Positions 23,666-39,033 of a DNA stretch of 64,000 bases are shown piece by piece. The position numbers were made by a program, and so were the translations under genes. The notes below the pieces were generated by a model, which saw only the letters and a program-made list of their open reading frames with translations, searched no databases and was not told the origin of the DNA. The stretch is taken from positions 6,960,707 through 7,024,706 of the forward strand of contig OZ037767.1 in NCBI GenBank assembly GCA_964035545.1, read 5' to 3'. Each line of letters starts with the position of its first letter. Position 1 is the first letter of the stretch. The DNA comes from Bugula neritina. Its lineage: Eukaryota; Animalia; Bryozoa.

Positions 23666-25362
23666 CCTGAAGTAGTTGAACTCTATTTATCACATTATAA
23701 ATATAATTACATATTACACATAATATATGGCACATGCAATATAAATAATTAGTATATGCACATAGCATGTCCTAAAGTTGTCATTAACTTATTTCTTACC
23801 TTTAGTAACATACTGCTTGCTATAATCTTTTTAGACTGACATGTTTTACTACTAACATCATACTATTGTTTTTCTTACAATAATCCCCTGTTTTCTAGAA
23901 TATTTTGTTCTGGAAGGACTTGGTTTACGAGTTTAGTAGTATATTACAGCAATATTGCTAGCAAGTAAACTTTTACACGTGTATTATATAATCGGTATAA
24001 TAAATATAATATATTTAAAATGTTAAACATTTCCTATTTTCTACTGCTGATAAGCTAATTCAGAGCAAATGCAATCCACTTGAATAATTTTTTCAAATAA
24101 ATTTTAGGGCAGAAGATTGTTCTGGAAGGATTTTGCTTACAGTTTTAGTAATATTGAAGCTATATATAAAGTTTGTGGGGTCCATCATGTCATGACTCCT
24201 AATCTGTATAAGTAATATAGTATACTTCTTTAAAACACAAAAACCTCTTTCATTCTTTACTAATGCAGTGCAGTGCAAGTATAATTTACATAACTAACAA
24301 GCTATTGATATGCTTCATGAGTCTAAGAAAAGTTTATTTATACTTTCAAAAAATTATTCTAAAAAGTTTTTTGAAGTTGCTTCTAGAAAATGAAAAAGAT
24401 ATTAAAAGGTTCTGAACATCATTTAGGTTTGAATTTTTAAGAAATAATATAAAACCATGATGTCCATTTGGTGGTGCAAATTTTGCTTGCCAATAATTTT
24501 TTAGGAATTACAAGAAATGGCTATAATCAAATAATTAATTAAGTTTCCCTATACTAATATGTTTTAACACATCAAAATACACTGTAATCAGTCCCTTACA
24601 CAGTGTTGCAGCTTGATTATATTTTAATAATTACCAGATGATATAGTCTTACACGCTCTATCAGAAACTGATGTGAAAAGTTGAGTAGTTGGCAAAATAG
24701 AGGTAAGTACAGTAATTGAGAAATGGAGAAAAGCCTGTGTTCTAGATTAGAAGTGTAGCATAAGAAGTTATGTTGCCGCAAGAATTTCAACCCGCACCCC
24801 AAACCAAAGTTTATTAATAAAATTGACGAACTCAGGATATCTCAATTTCTCCACTACTGCTCCTAAATTAGGTGTAAATGCAAATATGATTAAATAATTT
24901 TAGCAACATTTTAAAACTTTTATCATCTTCTTAGTAAAAAAGGTAAATACTTATTGTTTTATTCAACGCACATGCAAGTTTTTTTTTATTATACATGATT
25001 TATTTTAATTCAACGCCATAAAAACCACTCCTCATATAAAGAATTAACAAAATAATCATTTATGTTCAAAGAATAAATTGTATTTGCAAATCTAAGAATG
25101 CATCTGAAAGCATAATTGTATAAAAATAGTACCCTACCATTAAAAATACATTGTAACTTGTAATACATTTTAAATGATGCAAGCACAAATGAATCTTTTT
25201 AAAAATGAGATAAAAATATTTTTGAATAAGTAGCAAAATAGATTCTAATATATCACAGGTTATTGTTCAAAATTACGAGCTGTATAAAATGTGGTAGAAA
25301 ATGTATATACATGTATATTATTATATATAAATATTTCTGAAGAAAAAGATGATGTTTTATTT

Positions 25363-25510
<148 letters not shown>

Positions 25511-25511
25511 G

Positions 25512-25597
<86 letters not shown>

Positions 25598-25695
25598 CTG
25601 TTCTTGATAAACAGGGTAGAAACTAAAATCAAACAAAACTTCCCATTCAGCCAGTTAACTAAATAAATATGACAATAGTATGTTACATGTTATTA

Positions 25696-27541
25696 TTAGC
25701 AATCCCCATAGAAATCCTGCTCCTTTGCTTCTCTAATTGCTTTGTTCGTGCAGCACAAGAGCTTTTTGAAATTTTCCATCTTGATTGATTCACAAGAAGT
25801 CGCGGAGTTTTCACCGTCTCCACATGTACTTTCAAACTGTTGAAAAATAACTATTGTAATAGTATTGTACAGTATAGGTTAGAGCGTTTGCAGCTAATAA
25901 CAACAAAATCATAGGCTCAAACCCCAGTAAAAAACGTCGTGATGTTAGAAAAAGCATCCAGTCATAACTGCTTCGGTGCCACATATGAATAACTGTCCTT
26001 AGCCTGCTTTAAAAAGCCTTTCCATGAGGGATTTCTCACAGAGATGGTGACTATAAACTTGTGTGAGTTTTATTATCATACAATTTCAATATATCAATAA
26101 TACAACCGATCAACAATAATAATAATTTAGTAAATAATTGTAGTACTCTGAAATATCCCAAATATAGTGTTGTGTTTGTGTAATGGCCCGTGTGGTGTAA
26201 TGGCTAGTGCGACTCCTTGCAAGTTGGAGGTTTCGGGTTCGAATCCCAGTGGGGACAAAATTATTTCATAACAGTATAGTTTCAATCTGCACAGTTCACA
26301 CAGTTTAGTCAACACCAATTCATTGAGAAAATCAGAGTGAGTTCGGTGCAAATTGATATTTGAATAATTCGCCTTCATTTTACAGCTAATGCCAACAGTT
26401 ATTCTTCTTTACATGACCACTGAAAACATCTTTTTATTTTATAATGATTTTGAAATGCTGTCAAATTTTTACAGTTTACCAACTTTATGACAGTGATTAT
26501 TGGAAAACTGGGAGAATCACAAAAATCTGACACAATTGTTGAAAAACTTTCATTTCTATATAATTTAGTTTTTATAATAAGAAAGTTACATTTAATAACC
26601 AATATTACGGCATAGAGTTTGCTAACTTGACTATACTGAGTATTGTGTAACCAAAGACTCGACTATATGGAGGTTGACAAGGTTAACTCAAAGCTTCATT
26701 CTGTTCTAAACTCTACTATTGACAAGAAAACAATATAACTTACATTACTGCATCTGATAGAAGATGTTGCAGTGCCATCCACTACTCTCTTTAATGAACT
26801 AATTCGCTGTTTTAGTACATTCACTTTGGAACTGAATTGTGAATTACAGCTTAACATCGAAGCTAGTCTATTAGTTGGACAGTGAAAGAGGCAATAAATA
26901 TTCTCCAATTGACGACTGTAGTTGTCAGTGTGACTGCTCATCTAAAGTTAGTAACATAATTTATAACAGCTGCTGTTGCCTGACGAACATCTATTCCCTT
27001 ACAATTAAGATAACAATACAAAAAGTTTGAATTTAATTCGGACCAGGTATTGCTCAAAATTTCCAATTCTCATTGTAGTATGATACCTCGCATATACAGT
27101 TTCTTCAGCTTTTGACCTCTGATAAAAATAAACAGCCAAAAAACATGAGTAATTTAGTTTGCATTATAAAGTCATAAAATGTTTTCAGTTTTAAGCCTAT
27201 AATTTAGGTCACTAAAAATATATCGTTTAGACAAAATTAGAGTCACCATTGAAGTGCATCAGAATTTTTTTTTTTTTCAGGCTTCTAAAATTTCTGTGCT
27301 TTACATAACCATGTTACTTGCAGTAAGGTAATAATGAATGCTATTTACTTACAATTGCAAAATCCAAGCCTCGACAACTGCTGTAATTGCTAACTCCCCT
27401 CTGGCTATTAAACCTTCTATACTATTAAATAATTACAAAATACTATGTGAAAACGGATAAAGCTTAAAAGTAACATAGCAGCAGTTCTATTGAATTTTAA
27501 ACATTTTTATTTACTGGTGCAATAATTTAATTTAGACAAGT

Positions 27542-27579
<38 letters not shown>

Positions 27580-28659
27580 ACTTGTCTAAATTAAATTATT
27601 GCACCAGTAAATATATATATATATACTATTGCATAGATATAATTCATTACAGTTCATTATATATAGAAGCTTCCATTGAAACAGGAACACAACATAATTT
27701 ATAAAAAATTTGCTAGCAGTTGTACTTACATATGGCTCTAAAATATCGTCTTGGAGTATAGAAAGAATAAACTCGTCACTAGTTGTGAAAGAATCAAATA
27801 TTGCTCTTCTTGTACCATTATTGAAATTCTCAAAGAATGGTGAAAATGTTGATCTTTTATAGCGATTTCTGCTTTTCAAACTGCTTAAAAATAGAATTAT
27901 ATAAGGTATATACAATATATTTAAAATTAAAAACATAATTCTTTTATTTATAGTTGTTTAAGAATTATAAAAAGTAAAATTTGACTCAAACTATAAAAAA
28001 AATTTGAATTTGAAAACTTACCTGATCAAATTAGATTCCAATGGCAATCCATTGAGTAACGATAATTGTACACTCATGCAAAAGTATACTCTCAAAATAT
28101 TCTTCGTTCGTGCTAAAACACAATGGAAAACGTTTTCAAGCTAATGAACACTGTTCATAGTCAAGTTTCAATTCTTGGTGTTTATATTTTTGCACTAGCA
28201 ATGTACTTGGTAATAAGCCACTGCTGTTAGATTTCAGTAAAATTCATTTTTAAGGAACATATTAAATCTTTAAATTAGCAAATTTTTAAAAATCTGGTAC
28301 TGCTACAATATTAGCTCAAAGATTTTTAAGATTTTAAGAAATTTTATAGAGAAAGAATATATATAATAATAATGTATATAATAATTTAGCATGTTCACCC
28401 TTCTAGCTAAAAGCAGTCAAACTAATGTATAGCTATGTTAATATAACTATTGTTAATATTTATTGTAACCATATTATAAAAATTAGTAAATAAATACACT
28501 GCATATGTTTTAATGTTCTACTAATAATGCTATGATACTATAACATTTTATTGAATTTATTATTGCTACAAGATTGATTAAAATACCATAAATAAACTTG
28601 AGCTTTCAAGAGGTTAGACATATTAGTAAAAGTATATAAAAATTATTATTCTCACCCAT
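25696..28659 (-). CDS. secreted preproprotein, copy 2 (exons 28659-28656, 28112-28022, 27880-27730, 27421-27353, 26941-26744, 25836-25696)
   Basis: Splice sites retained; 3-nt deletion after RYKR; an extra Cys in exon 5 (MLSCNS). Confidence 0.78.
27508..27613. repeat. perfect 106-bp palindrome centred on (TA)n, unique to unit 2
   Basis: tatttactggtgcaataatttaatttagacaagtag(at)n followed by its reverse complement. Confidence 0.9.
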
Positions 28660-29708
28660 CTTGTTATAAGCAGTCGAAACGTGTTGATATATTTATTATT
28701 ATTTAATTTCTAAACTTTTTTATTTAGTAACTAAACTATATTGACACAACAGCTGTTTTAATGTTTACCAATAGTCCAGCAAGTATAAAAAAAATGAATT
28801 GTGAGTTGGGTTTATATACTCTTTCAATACCTACTCAAATATACTCATAGCTGACTTATTTATGCAATCAGCATTTTTTGCAAAAATTTAATTGACTGCG
28901 TTTAAAAATATAAATAACTGACTCAAGACAAAACTCATTTGCACATGCAAGTTTATAGTCTGTAAAAAAGATTGCTAACTTAATATAATGTTAATAATTA
29001 AGCAGCTATATTACAACAGGCAAAAAAATTGGTATGCATGGCTAAAATTAGACATCAAGTTTGCATAGTTATTTTATATTTAGAGTTTGAATCTTTATTT
29101 ATAGTTTACAAATGTTTAAAATTAATAGTAATTGCAAAATATCTTATTATAAATTAAATAATAGAAATGGGAACATTACCAAAGTTGAAATTGAACATCC
29201 CACATAGTGCAATAATGAAATGATACTTTTCTTGTATTGCAAAATATATTTTCACAATTAAATATAAACCTGATAGCTTCCTGCTAGTACTTTCCACAAT
29301 ACCCGAGTTTGACAACATGTCTTTCACAGAAATAATTGTTAATAAAAAAATATCAACGGCAAGTCTATAATATTACATCATTTGACCAAAAAAACACAAT
29401 TTAAGTATGTGTCTATAAGCTGAAAACCGAACTTGGAGTTTTTCTCTACAAATTTAACAAACCTCACAAATTAAAAGAAAAAATTGGCAAATTATGTGTT
29501 TTTCTAGTGAAAATAACTGCATAAAATAATTTCGTTATCAAAAGTTTTGTTGTTTCTATTAGTTTTATTTGGTTTCTTCTCACAAATTTAATTCTGTGTG
29601 CATGCATGTACTAATTAGTGCATTTTTCACAGTTTATTGAAAATATATAATAATTATATATAATAAGTATATATACTTATTATATATACTTATTATACAT
29701 ATATATTA

Positions 29709-29974
29709 CGCTCTCATTTAATGCTCAGCAATGACATTAAATGATTGAGCACTCTCACCATGGTCACAAACTCAAGCTGCTAGCATTTTGCAATGCTCGT
29801 GACTCCTAGGTGACCCCTAGAGTCAATTGAGCACTCTGGCTTGAGTTTACACACCTTTTAAATATGCTTTAGTAAAACTACAAGTTTTACTATTGCGAAG
29901 GTGTGGGCCATGGTACTCTGTTCTGTGCTGATGAGGGGACAAATCCCGAAACAGCTGCTGTCCACAGATTGAGA
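29709..29974 (+). mobile_element. short (TA)n-flanked element family 1 (Penelope pLTR/retrozyme-like); identical copy ~45049-45314
   Basis: ~265 bp between TA-rich runs, absent at this site in unit 1; carries a hammerhead motif at its 3' end. Confidence 0.65.
29922..29968 (+). ncRNA. minimal type I hammerhead ribozyme (family 1)
   Basis: Stem I TCTGTG/CACAGA; CTGATGA; stem II GGGG-ACAAA-TCCC; GAA; stem III ACAG-CTG-CTGT; GTC cleavage triplet (after 29962). Confidence 0.85.
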
Positions 29975-32591
29975 TATATATATATATATATAGTTTAAAT
30001 TCTCTGAATTACATAATAAAAACATGTTTGCCACTTTATTTTATTTAGTACACAACAAAGTTCTTCACTTGTGTCTACTTTATAAAGCTGTTGCTGCTGA
30101 TATACAAATGTCTGCTGCTTAAAACTGAAGAATTTTTAATAAACGAAACCAAATATATAAATATTTTTCAAATTTGCTCCATTTTTTTGTGAAGTTAGTA
30201 TATCAAAAATACAGGTTTAATTAGTGATGATTTTTGCATTACATGCAGCTAAGAACAAAAACAGTGCTTTATTGTAGCAAAATTCTCTCTCTCAGCTTTT
30301 TTTCCTCTATACATATTTATAATCAGCATATGAATATCTGGTCCATGTTTGCATTATTTTATTTGTTTTATTTATAGAAAAAGAAAGCAAAGGCATTCAT
30401 TGTATAGTTAAACTATATTTGGTTGTAAAACAAAATCTTTTGTTGGATTACATAAAATTTACTCAAAATTTAAACTTTTCCGCATGTTGATTTTGCTTCT
30501 TTGCCTGCCAATGCCTCGGTAGTCCTTGAATCCTACAAAAACATTTCTATTAGTGTTCAGGAAACTAGAAAGTGGTTGCAAAATGATTACTGGATGCTAA
30601 TATAGCAAGTGTTTTATGTTTTATAATAAAAATTAGACAATAAAAGTATGTCACAAAACTTATTATATGACTCTATAGACATGAAAAGCTGTGTTTATAC
30701 ATTTACAATGTACATATATCGCAAACCAATTAGAAGTGAAGACTACAGTAGATAAACATTATAAAATAAAGGAAAAATATTACTGTTGTAGAGACATTGA
30801 ACACCTTTGCAATTCCTGACACTATGAAATACCTACAGTTCGTGTGAAGAAGAGTATATGGAAAGTAGAGCATAATTATAAACATATAAATTATAAACTT
30901 ATAAATGTGATAATATTTTTAAGAGCAAAATCTAAAAGCTTTTTATTGTTGGATAAATATCGGTAAATATTGAAACAGCTGAAGTCGACCTCTACATAGA
31001 GTGTTAAATGCTCCAAAGAATCACTCATTGTTATGTCTCATGCCATTTGCTACTCCATAACCACCAAATCTGTGGCAAGATCTGCATAAATTACACTTTA
31101 ATCATATCATATGCAGTCAAACTTAATACTATACTGGAGCAAAAAGTACGTTGATTTAGTTAATAACATTTAGTACCCATGACATGCGAATATATACATT
31201 AATATGGAGCCTAAAAATACATATGTATGTAGCTCATTTCACATGTACGTCATTCTAAGTAAAAACAATTTAGCTGCTTTAAATGTATTTCCCTACTAAT
31301 CAAAAATATTTATAAGATGAAAGTGTTTTTGTGGTCTGAATGAGAAAGTAATTTAGCCAATAGCAGACCATCTTATTGCCACTGCTACTTTCACTGCTAT
31401 ACAGTTGAACTCCATTAATGCTAGTCTTCTGGCACTGTGCCAGCTCAGGAGGAAGCGATTGGAAAGCTTTAGCTTTGTTAGTACACACTGTCAAATTCAT
31501 TACAGTGCATGAGAAATTGGCTTGTTTTAACACAAAGTACTTGAAGTCACGAGTCACTATTGAGCAAACTAAAGGTCAATATAAAGTGAGTGACCCCAGA
31601 AGTAATCCAGTAAGGAAAATAGTAAATTATTTCCAGATTTATTATTAGGTCAATAGTCTACGATAGACCATATGTAAGTCAATCGTTCTAAACAAAGATT
31701 TTCATAATAGATTAAATGCATTTCGGAAGTCACACCTAATTTGGCATTTCAATTGAGATTTTCTTAGAAAATTGGGTAATCTTTCACATGGGTTAGCAGA
31801 CATCAGCAATTCATTCTCAGCTTTTTTGCATGTTGAAAGTATGTTAAATGTTGTTGAATTTCAGGCTTTTAACTCTCAATGCCAACTTCCAGAGCGAATC
31901 TCAAATTTCATATTTTAGCATATCTAAGAAGCAAATAAATATTTGAACTGAAAAACATTCTTGCAATAATAAAAAGTCAAATGAGAAACAAAAAATTACA
32001 TACTTGTTTCACACCATATTGGAATGTCGTTTGTGGGCAGAAAGAAATATTTTTGACTGTAAAAATGTGTCTATTAATTTCATTATCTAGTTACACTTGA
32101 GGTGGACTTAAACAGTGAAATACTTATATAATAAATCTTTGTATGATGGGGTACCATAAATAAAATAACAAATCAAAACATTGCGATCTTTTTAATTGGA
32201 TTTAAACATTTCCTGCAGTCTTATCAAATAATAATGGCAAGCTTTATTCTGACAAAGTACCCCACCCACAATATTACACAACATGTCAAAATCTTTATAT
32301 TTACAGGAAGCTTATATATTTATTACTTATATTTATTACCTATATGTAAAAGTTTGTCCCTCATTAGCTGCTATTGAATTAAAAATAAGCACCAGCTGTG
32401 TATCGTTACTTTAGTGAAGGATTACTTAACAAGCTGAAAATATAAACCGAGAAATTTTAGTGAAGATATTCTTGATAATTTTTAATAACTTAATTTTAGC
32501 AATTATTTTTTAAGCATGTTAGTTAGCTTCTTATTTAATTGATTTAATTATTACTAGATGAATAACATATACTCTGTATAATTGATTCTGA

Positions 32592-32721
<130 letters not shown>

Positions 32722-32771
32722 GTGTATAGTTTACCACTAAAGAGAGCTCAATGCAGTGCAGAGCAGAGTAA

Positions 32772-32957
32772 ATAAAAGTAATGAACGATAAAATTTGATT
32801 TAAAACACTTTATTACTACTAGTTTCATGTGCATAGAATGTACACAATCTTCAGATAAAATGTTAACATTTTATCTGAAGATTGTGTACATTCTATGCAC
32901 ATGAAACTAGTAGTAATAAAGTGTTTTAAATCAAATTTTATCGTTCATTACTTTTAT
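32772..32957. repeat. perfect 186-bp palindrome (93-bp arms) within an insertion in (TA)n; also 48086-48271
   Basis: Centre gtt|aac at 32864/32865; arms are exact reverse complements; absent from unit 1. Confidence 0.92.
32865..32925 (+). ncRNA. minimal type I hammerhead ribozyme (family 2); mirror copy on the minus strand at 32804-32864
   Basis: Stem I AACATTTTAT/ATAAAGTGTT; CTGAAGA; stem II TGTGTA-CATTCTA-TGCACA with a T-T closing mismatch; GAA; stem III ACT-AGT-AGT; GTA triplet (after 32915). Confidence 0.7.
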
Positions 32958-32961
32958 ATAT

Positions 32962-33169
<208 letters not shown>

Positions 33170-35282
33170 CAAAACAGCTGCTGTTCACAAGTTGATGTGC
33201 GTGCGTGCGTACGTGCATGCGTGTGTGCGTGTGTGTGTGTTCCTTCATCAGCACAGAAAAAAGTACCATAGCCCACACCTTCGCCATAGCAGAAACTTAG
33301 TTTCAACTAAAGCATATTTAAAAGGTGTGTAAACTCAAGCCAGAGAGGGAGCAGCGGTGGTCTAGAAGTTAGAGCATTTGCATAGTGGAATCTCAGAAAA
33401 GGTAGTTGGTGATGTTAATATTAGGAAGAGCATCTAGTAAAAATTCCTCCTGTGCCTCATTTAAATAAGTCTTTAGCCTGATTTAACAGAAACATCTCTT
33501 TCCACCAAGGGTTTCTTACAGGAATGGCGATTATAAACTCAAGACATGCAGAGAGCTCAAATAATTCTAGGAGTCACGAGCCTTGAAAAATGCTAGCAGC
33601 TCGAGTTTGTGACCATGGTTAAAGAGCTCAATCAGTGAATGTCATTGTTGAATATATATATTATATATGTACATAAAATTTATTATGAATTTAACATAGC
33701 CTGGTGTGGCAGTTGATTAATACAATGAATTTTTCCGGAGTTGTGTTCCCCACTATTTACGGGTTAAATTCCCAGTAGAAGAGAAGCAAAATAAACCCTC
33801 GCCATGTTATAATAATATGTTGTAGTTCTTCCTGAGCTTACATAAACTTACGGAAGTAGCAGAGTACCATATATAGAATTCAGTTGAAAAAAAATTTAGT
33901 GTAAAGTTAATTGACTAACATTGTAAACAGCTCAATTATTTCATGGCATTCACAGCGACTTAAAAAGTATATCAGTATAATAATATTATAACTATATACA
34001 ACCATAGTTATAAGTAAGGTTGTTATCAAGTAAGGACAATGAAATACTATTTTTGAGGTCGTCTGCTTGCTATTTGAGATCAATTTTCATGTTCACTACA
34101 CTTAAAAATGGAACTTGAGATTTGCACCTTTAAAATAATATGTATGCAATCCAAATGCAAAATAGTCATGGGTTAAAGGGGTTCTTTAAAAGAGGTTACC
34201 TATTACAGTAAATTGCAAAAAGTAAATTAGTCTATTTTCTAATGTGTAAATATCTTGCATTCTATTGTGTTTATCTTCACACCCCAATATAAGGATGATT
34301 TTGTAGGCTGTTCCTTAATTTTAAATTTTCCCTCAATATCTTTAACTTATTCAACTGCTTAGAATTGTTGGAAAGTTGCTACACATTTGTGTAAGTGTTG
34401 TATTATAATAAGTTTGCTGAAATGAAATTGTGCTAACGATGTAAGCTTACATTGACCATGAAAATCAAGTTGAAAACTGGGGGGGGGGCAACTCTTACAA
34501 CATTTTATTAATTTTCTCAGAAATACAGATTAATAACTTTTCTACAATCTATTACTACACTGCAATAAAAGCCTGTAAAGTCAAAAGTTTATGCAAGTAG
34601 TAAAAGTTAGAGTGACAAACACTGACAAAATTTGTATTAGTTTCGATTTCTAAAAATAAATAAAAGCAATTTTGACAAAAAATTATCTATAAAATGTATA
34701 AAGAAATAATGAGTAAATGTTAGTCAACACCCATTGGTACCTATGTATGGTATACAAAACTTGCTATAGCTCAATGAATCTTTCTGCATTTGAGAGATTT
34801 AGAACGTAATTTATAGGAAATTATAAGAGATATTTAAGCTTAAAGACTGAGCAATAGATTTACTAAATTTAAAAAACAAACAAACAATTTTAAGAAACTC
34901 AGTATAGAAGAGTTCAAAACAAGAGAGATAACTATGCAATGAAATTAGTTGAGCTGTCACTCTATCTAGGGTTAATCAGCACTTAGCTACCCACATGATT
35001 ACAAATTAATTGAGCATATCAGCAATTCTGTCTCTATACAATATTATGCAGCTGCTACACTTTACCAACAAATTCTAAACAACAAATAAATTCTCACTAA
35101 AAATTTCCAAAAATGCATCAATAAAACCATAAAACTGAATCAAAAACTGCACAAGCAGCCAATAGGTATGTCTGTATAAACAAAATAGGTCAACATGGCT
35201 GGAAACTCAAATCCTGCCAAAATGAATTCAGAACTTGTTTTCAAACACTAAAAATAAAAAATATGGAAGTTACTAAAGATTT

Positions 35283-35519
35283 TTAAATCTTTTTTCTTGA
35301 TAATTCATCACCACGGTTACTTGGTAAACTGCCTTGACTCCCGTTATTACTAGCTTTTTCCTTATCTGTTGGTTTCTTTCTTGGATAAATGTATGCCTTG
35401 ATGTAGAAATTGGTGAAGAAGAACAGCACGGAAGACCCATATATTGCACTCCAGATGCAGAAACCATGGTATAATATACCAATAGTGCAGTACACCATGT
35501 CTATTAGGAACTGTATCAT
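35283..35519 (-). pseudogene. orphan ELOVL terminal exon, unit 2
   Basis: As above, with a 3-nt deletion (YGSSVL). Confidence 0.73.
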
Positions 35520-37258
35520 CTACAACAACAGATTATAATTATAGATTATAATGTCAAATAACATTCAACATTTTAAAGCATTACATGGAGTTTTAGGCAG
35601 ACAAATACATATAAATGTTCTAGCAGCTTTAGGTGTTTACTATACACCATTTACTAGAAACTACAAAAAAGTTTGCCAAAAAATAAGGAAAAAACAACAA
35701 TTGCTTCCCGTCTCCATTACACAGGTTTTCCAGCTCAAATTAAATTTATGTTAGATAAACGAATATATAAAATTTAACTACTGCAAAATTTATAATCTTT
35801 GGTTATAATGCCATTTGTCAGCATAGTTTCCTCGAACAGATATTTAGAGTTATTCTCCCTCCTAGACTAATATTTACTAGTTACTTCTGTGTGTTACTCT
35901 CAAAGATTAGTCTACAATATTTGATAATAAATATGGAGTCACATGCAATTTCTCTTTTTAGTTATCTAGCAAGAATAGGAAGAGAGTATATCTTCACCTT
36001 CATTTCTTGGTATACCAATTACTTGTGAGCCTAGGATAGAGAGTTATTCTCTCCTTGTTACATGACTTTTCTAGCTTAATTTTAGTTTCATGTTGGAGAT
36101 CAATTAAATTCTGTACATCATATAACTCGTGTGAGTGTGTTAAGTTAGGTTATATAAGCCTATATAGCCAAAGAGAAATAATAAACATAATCAACATAAT
36201 ATTATTATGTAGAAATTAAAACTCATATATTTAACATCATTTATACTAAAAAGGGTGATTATATTTATAATTCAAAATTTGAAAGAAATCAATTAATTAA
36301 ACAGTTATAATACAGATTAAAATTAAGTTTTGCAATATAACAAACTCTTCAGCTTTCAAGTCAATACACATAACAAAATCTTTACCAGTGATGTTTGTTA
36401 TGACTTGATATTTTTAGTTTTGCTAATTAAATCAAACTTTTACGTTTGAAGTGAACAGGTGCATTACAAACACAAAATTTATAACTTTCGTTTAGATTGA
36501 TGACTCAAAGTCAAATAAAAATACTAACAGCATGCAATTGTAAATTTAAATAACCAAAAGTTCACACATGTAACTTAGACAGCGCAACAGTTTTTACGTA
36601 AATCTAATTTTCTTGAAAAATGGTTGACTAATGTGCTCTTGGTGTAGTATTAAGAACTAGGTTGTTTTCAGGTCACTGGTCATTGATGATATTAGGAAGA
36701 GCATCCAGCTATAATTGCCCCTGTGCCCTATTTGAATAAGTACTTAGTCTGATTTAACCTAACCCTTTCATCAGGGGTTCTTCACAGGGATGGTGAGTTC
36801 TTTTAAAGCATTTAAAATAGTATAGTATATAATAATCCAGTACCTCAATATCTTGCCCAGAAGTATCAATAGTTGAATATATTTAACAGTATTTAGTCAG
36901 CTCAACAAGCATAAATTTAAAATCTTTTACTTTAATAATCATAATATAATGCAAAGTGATGAAGTTACTTGATTTAAAGAGATGATTACTCTCATTCAAG
37001 AAGATTTCGAAAGTCAGATTGTTAAATTATGTAATTGAAGAATATTGTGACCTAGCTTTATGTTACACGAGAGAAGTTTAGTGATGATGTAATGTTTTCT
37101 ATTGGATGTCATCAGTTTCCAGTTACAACCTACATGATTTGGGTATATAAGGATGAAAATTACTGAAGTAGATAGTATAACATTTTAAATTGTTACCTAA
37201 GATAGTAATATCTACTTTATTGCTAATTATTCAAAATAAATTAACAATATCTATAATT

Positions 37259-39033
37259 ATGGACATTTGCATGTTTATTGTTTTCATGGCGTTTACAACC
37301 TTGTTTCGAGTGAGGGTTACACTGGGATCAGGTATGTCAACCACAAACATTTACTGTTTTTGCTATTGTTAAATTTATATGTAGATTTTATGTATCAATG
37401 TATTACTTCAATGGTGTTAAATAATGTTGAATAACCTGAATGTAAGTTCCATGAGCTTTTATTTCTACGCACTTTGATTACATCATGATTTTATTAACCA
37501 GGTTTAGTGATTGTCTTGTTAGATATTATTGTATCCCAAGCACTAACATATAATATATGATGATCTATACCACTGTATTATATTTAAAGGAAAGAGGTGT
37601 CTCCATCCCAAAGATGAAGGAGTCTATCGACCTCATAGTATACAGCTACGCTACTACTATGATGCAATAGGCAGCAAGCAATGCCACTCCTTCATTTATT
37701 ACGGGTCAGGAGGAAACAGCAACAACTTCATGTGAGTGTGTTCTTTTATTTCTGTCTCTATACTATTTGTAATTGTTTGAAAAAATCAGGATTTGTGAAA
37801 ATGTAATAATAAATCATATATCATACTTCATGAAAAATTATAAATATATTTAAAAGTTCAAAAAGATTATGTGAAATGGAATTGAAGCATTTACGTTTTA
37901 TATATTCCACAAGCTGTATAGGAAGTACTTAACCAAGTTACACATTGGAAATTATAAATGTCAAGATTTGGAGTTATTGTCTCTTATCATAAAAATCTAT
38001 TGAGTGCTCATAAGATTCAAAGTTCACAGAGCAGTTAGGACTGAAATAATTTGTATCTTGCTTATGTTCATTTACACAACAAACTTATAGAATTTCAGTC
38101 CTTCAAAATTCATGGTTATTTTATGCTTTGATATGCAAGTAGAATCATAATGATTGCAATGCTTTACATTAATGTCATGCTTTTTCTAAGTAAAGTGATA
38201 TTTCATTACAATAGCTTTGAACGAGTCTGTGACAATGAGTGTAGTTACTCTACAGCCTTGTGCGTTCTTCCTAAAGAGGAGGGCAATGGGAGTGGCCATC
38301 ATCTCAGGTTCTTCTACAATCCTTCCACCAGAGCCTGTGAAAGCTTTTATTATAAAGGCTCCAATGGCAATGCAAACAAATTTCAGTAAGAAAATCTTTG
38401 ACTCCAAATTCATACTTTTAGTTTGAATAAGTCTTATTAAATGACTATACTTTGAATGAAAATCATTCAAAGTAACTGTTTGGAGATCCAAGTATCATGC
38501 ATTTGGCATACAACTCCAAACTGTTGATCTGCAAGCCTTCTATAAATCATACATTGTTTTCTTTTAGGAGAAAGTCGGACTGCATCTCTCGGTGCAGGAG
38601 TAACTTGAGACAGGTTTGTCACAGCGGACAACTGAACCTTGACTACTGTTTAACCCACCATCAACCCTGGTATTATAACAGTACGTCAGGTAGATGTGAA
38701 GTTCTCCGTCAAGGTCGTTGCAATCGGGGTGATAATCGATTCGAGTGAGTTTACAACACTTTAGTAGTTTATGGACCATTCGAAGCAGTTTAATTAATTG
38801 TGACTTATCTTAATTCTAATGTTTATTCAAAATTGTAATTTCCATCTATATATTTTTATATAAAAAAATATTTTTTCTAGTATAACGCAAAATGTACACA
38901 CATGCTTTGGTTACATTGATATGATGTGCATGCCTGAATTATATTCTTATTCTAAACTGTTTATGTTTCTGTTTATAAATGTAGAACTGAAGAAGAGTGT
39001 GAATTGACCTGCAACTATCCTACAGATAATTAA
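37259..39033 (+). CDS. triple Kunitz protein, copy 3 (exons 37259-37331, 37590-37731, 38215-38385, 38568-38744, 38985-39033)
   Basis: Same exon structure, open frame, several synonymous changes. Confidence 0.88.
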
